From positions 5,580,001-5,644,000 of the forward strand of contig NC_043006.1 in assembly GCF_006345805.1 (NCBI RefSeq): a stretch of DNA of 64,000 nucleotides, read 5' to 3'. This stretch comes from Octopus sinensis. Taxonomy: Eukaryota. The notes below the pieces were generated by a model that ran no database searches, was not told the DNA's origin, and saw nothing but the letters and a program-made list of their open reading frames with translations. A program made the translations under genes and the position numbers. Position 1 is the first letter of the stretch. Each line of letters opens with the position of its first letter. Shown here in pieces: positions 63,301-64,000 of the stretch.

Positions 63301-63700
63301 AGCAGATGCTATATGACGTACTTCAACAGATGCTATATGACATACTTCAGCAGATGCTATATGACGTACTTCAACAGATGCTATATGACGTACTTCAGCA
63401 GATGCTATATGACATACTTCAGCAGATGCTATATGACATACTTCAACAGATGCTATATGACATACTTCAGCAGATGCTATATGACGTACTTCAACAGATG
63501 CTATATGACATACTTCAGCAGATGCTATATGACGTACTTCAACAGATGCTATATGACGTACTTCAACAGATGCTATATGACATACTTCAGCAGATGCTAT
63601 ATGACGTACTTCAACAGATGCTATATGACATACTTCAGCAGATGCTATATGACATACTTCAGCAGATGCTATATGACGTACTTCAACAATAGCTGTATGA
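60311..63700. repeat. 24-bp tandem satellite, ~140 units: ATGCTATATGAC(G/A)TACTTCA(A/G)CAG
   Basis: Direct inspection; two dimorphic positions, rare point variants, one 2-bp deletion near 61225; explains the 1134/844/202/192-aa ORFs. Confidence 0.97.
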
Positions 63701-64000
63701 CGTGCTTTAATAGTCGATATATGATGTACTTCAGTAGCATATCATATTGCAATGTTTAATCATATACCAGTACATTATACACCAGCGAAACGTTCCTAGC
63801 TGGACACTCGATGATATTCGAAGTGCAACAAAGTATTTCTTTAGAACATATAACGGCGTCCGTTGTGGTGTAGAATCCATCTCCGACCACAACTGATTTC
63901 ATAGGATCTTTACTGGAACTTGAGCCTTATGACAGTTTACATGTTAGAAATTTGTCCAAAAAGTGAATTGGCTGCCATAGGAAAAGAGTCGAAAGACCAA

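Noticed and set aside
60311-63700. CRISPR array
   Set aside because: Contiguous repeats with no unique spacers, eukaryotic context, no cas genes.
60288-63759. 1134-aa, 844-aa, 202-aa and 192-aa ORFs as protein-coding genes
   Set aside because: They arise because a 24-bp unit lacks stops in several frames. A 2-bp deletion swaps frames mid-array, and there is no non-repetitive domain, signal peptide or splice support.

Overview
AT-rich, microsatellite-laden eukaryotic DNA. The tRNA-derived SINE families and repeat landscape point to an Octopus genome (inference). Most of the window is transposon debris: two main SINE families plus a third tRNA-SINE, non-autonomous Helitrons, Merlin-like MITEs, a near-intact CR1-clade LINE, two R4/Dong-like LINEs, RTE/Tx1/Penelope/mariner/Gypsy remnants and a 3.4-kb 24-bp satellite. 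The main result is a host gene the ORF track only half shows. A 46-nt signal-peptide exon (MQKYLILACCFLIFN-, 11323-11368) splices in phase 1 onto a large terminal exon (14081-14751). This gives a ~238-aa secreted precursor with six DY(A/P)(T/A)(I/M)PA(D/E) peptide repeats separated by KK/KR/GK sites, a prohormone/pheromone-precursor architecture I cannot assign to a known family. The gene has a TATA+Inr promoter and is tandemly duplicated (copy A ~9694-17274, copy B ~18657-29750). The paralogues encode identical proteins but differ by a 3.4-kb LINE insertion, an Inr substitution, a promoter VNTR and a small intronic inversion. Coordinates of SINEs and decayed repeats are approximate; identities were judged by eye.
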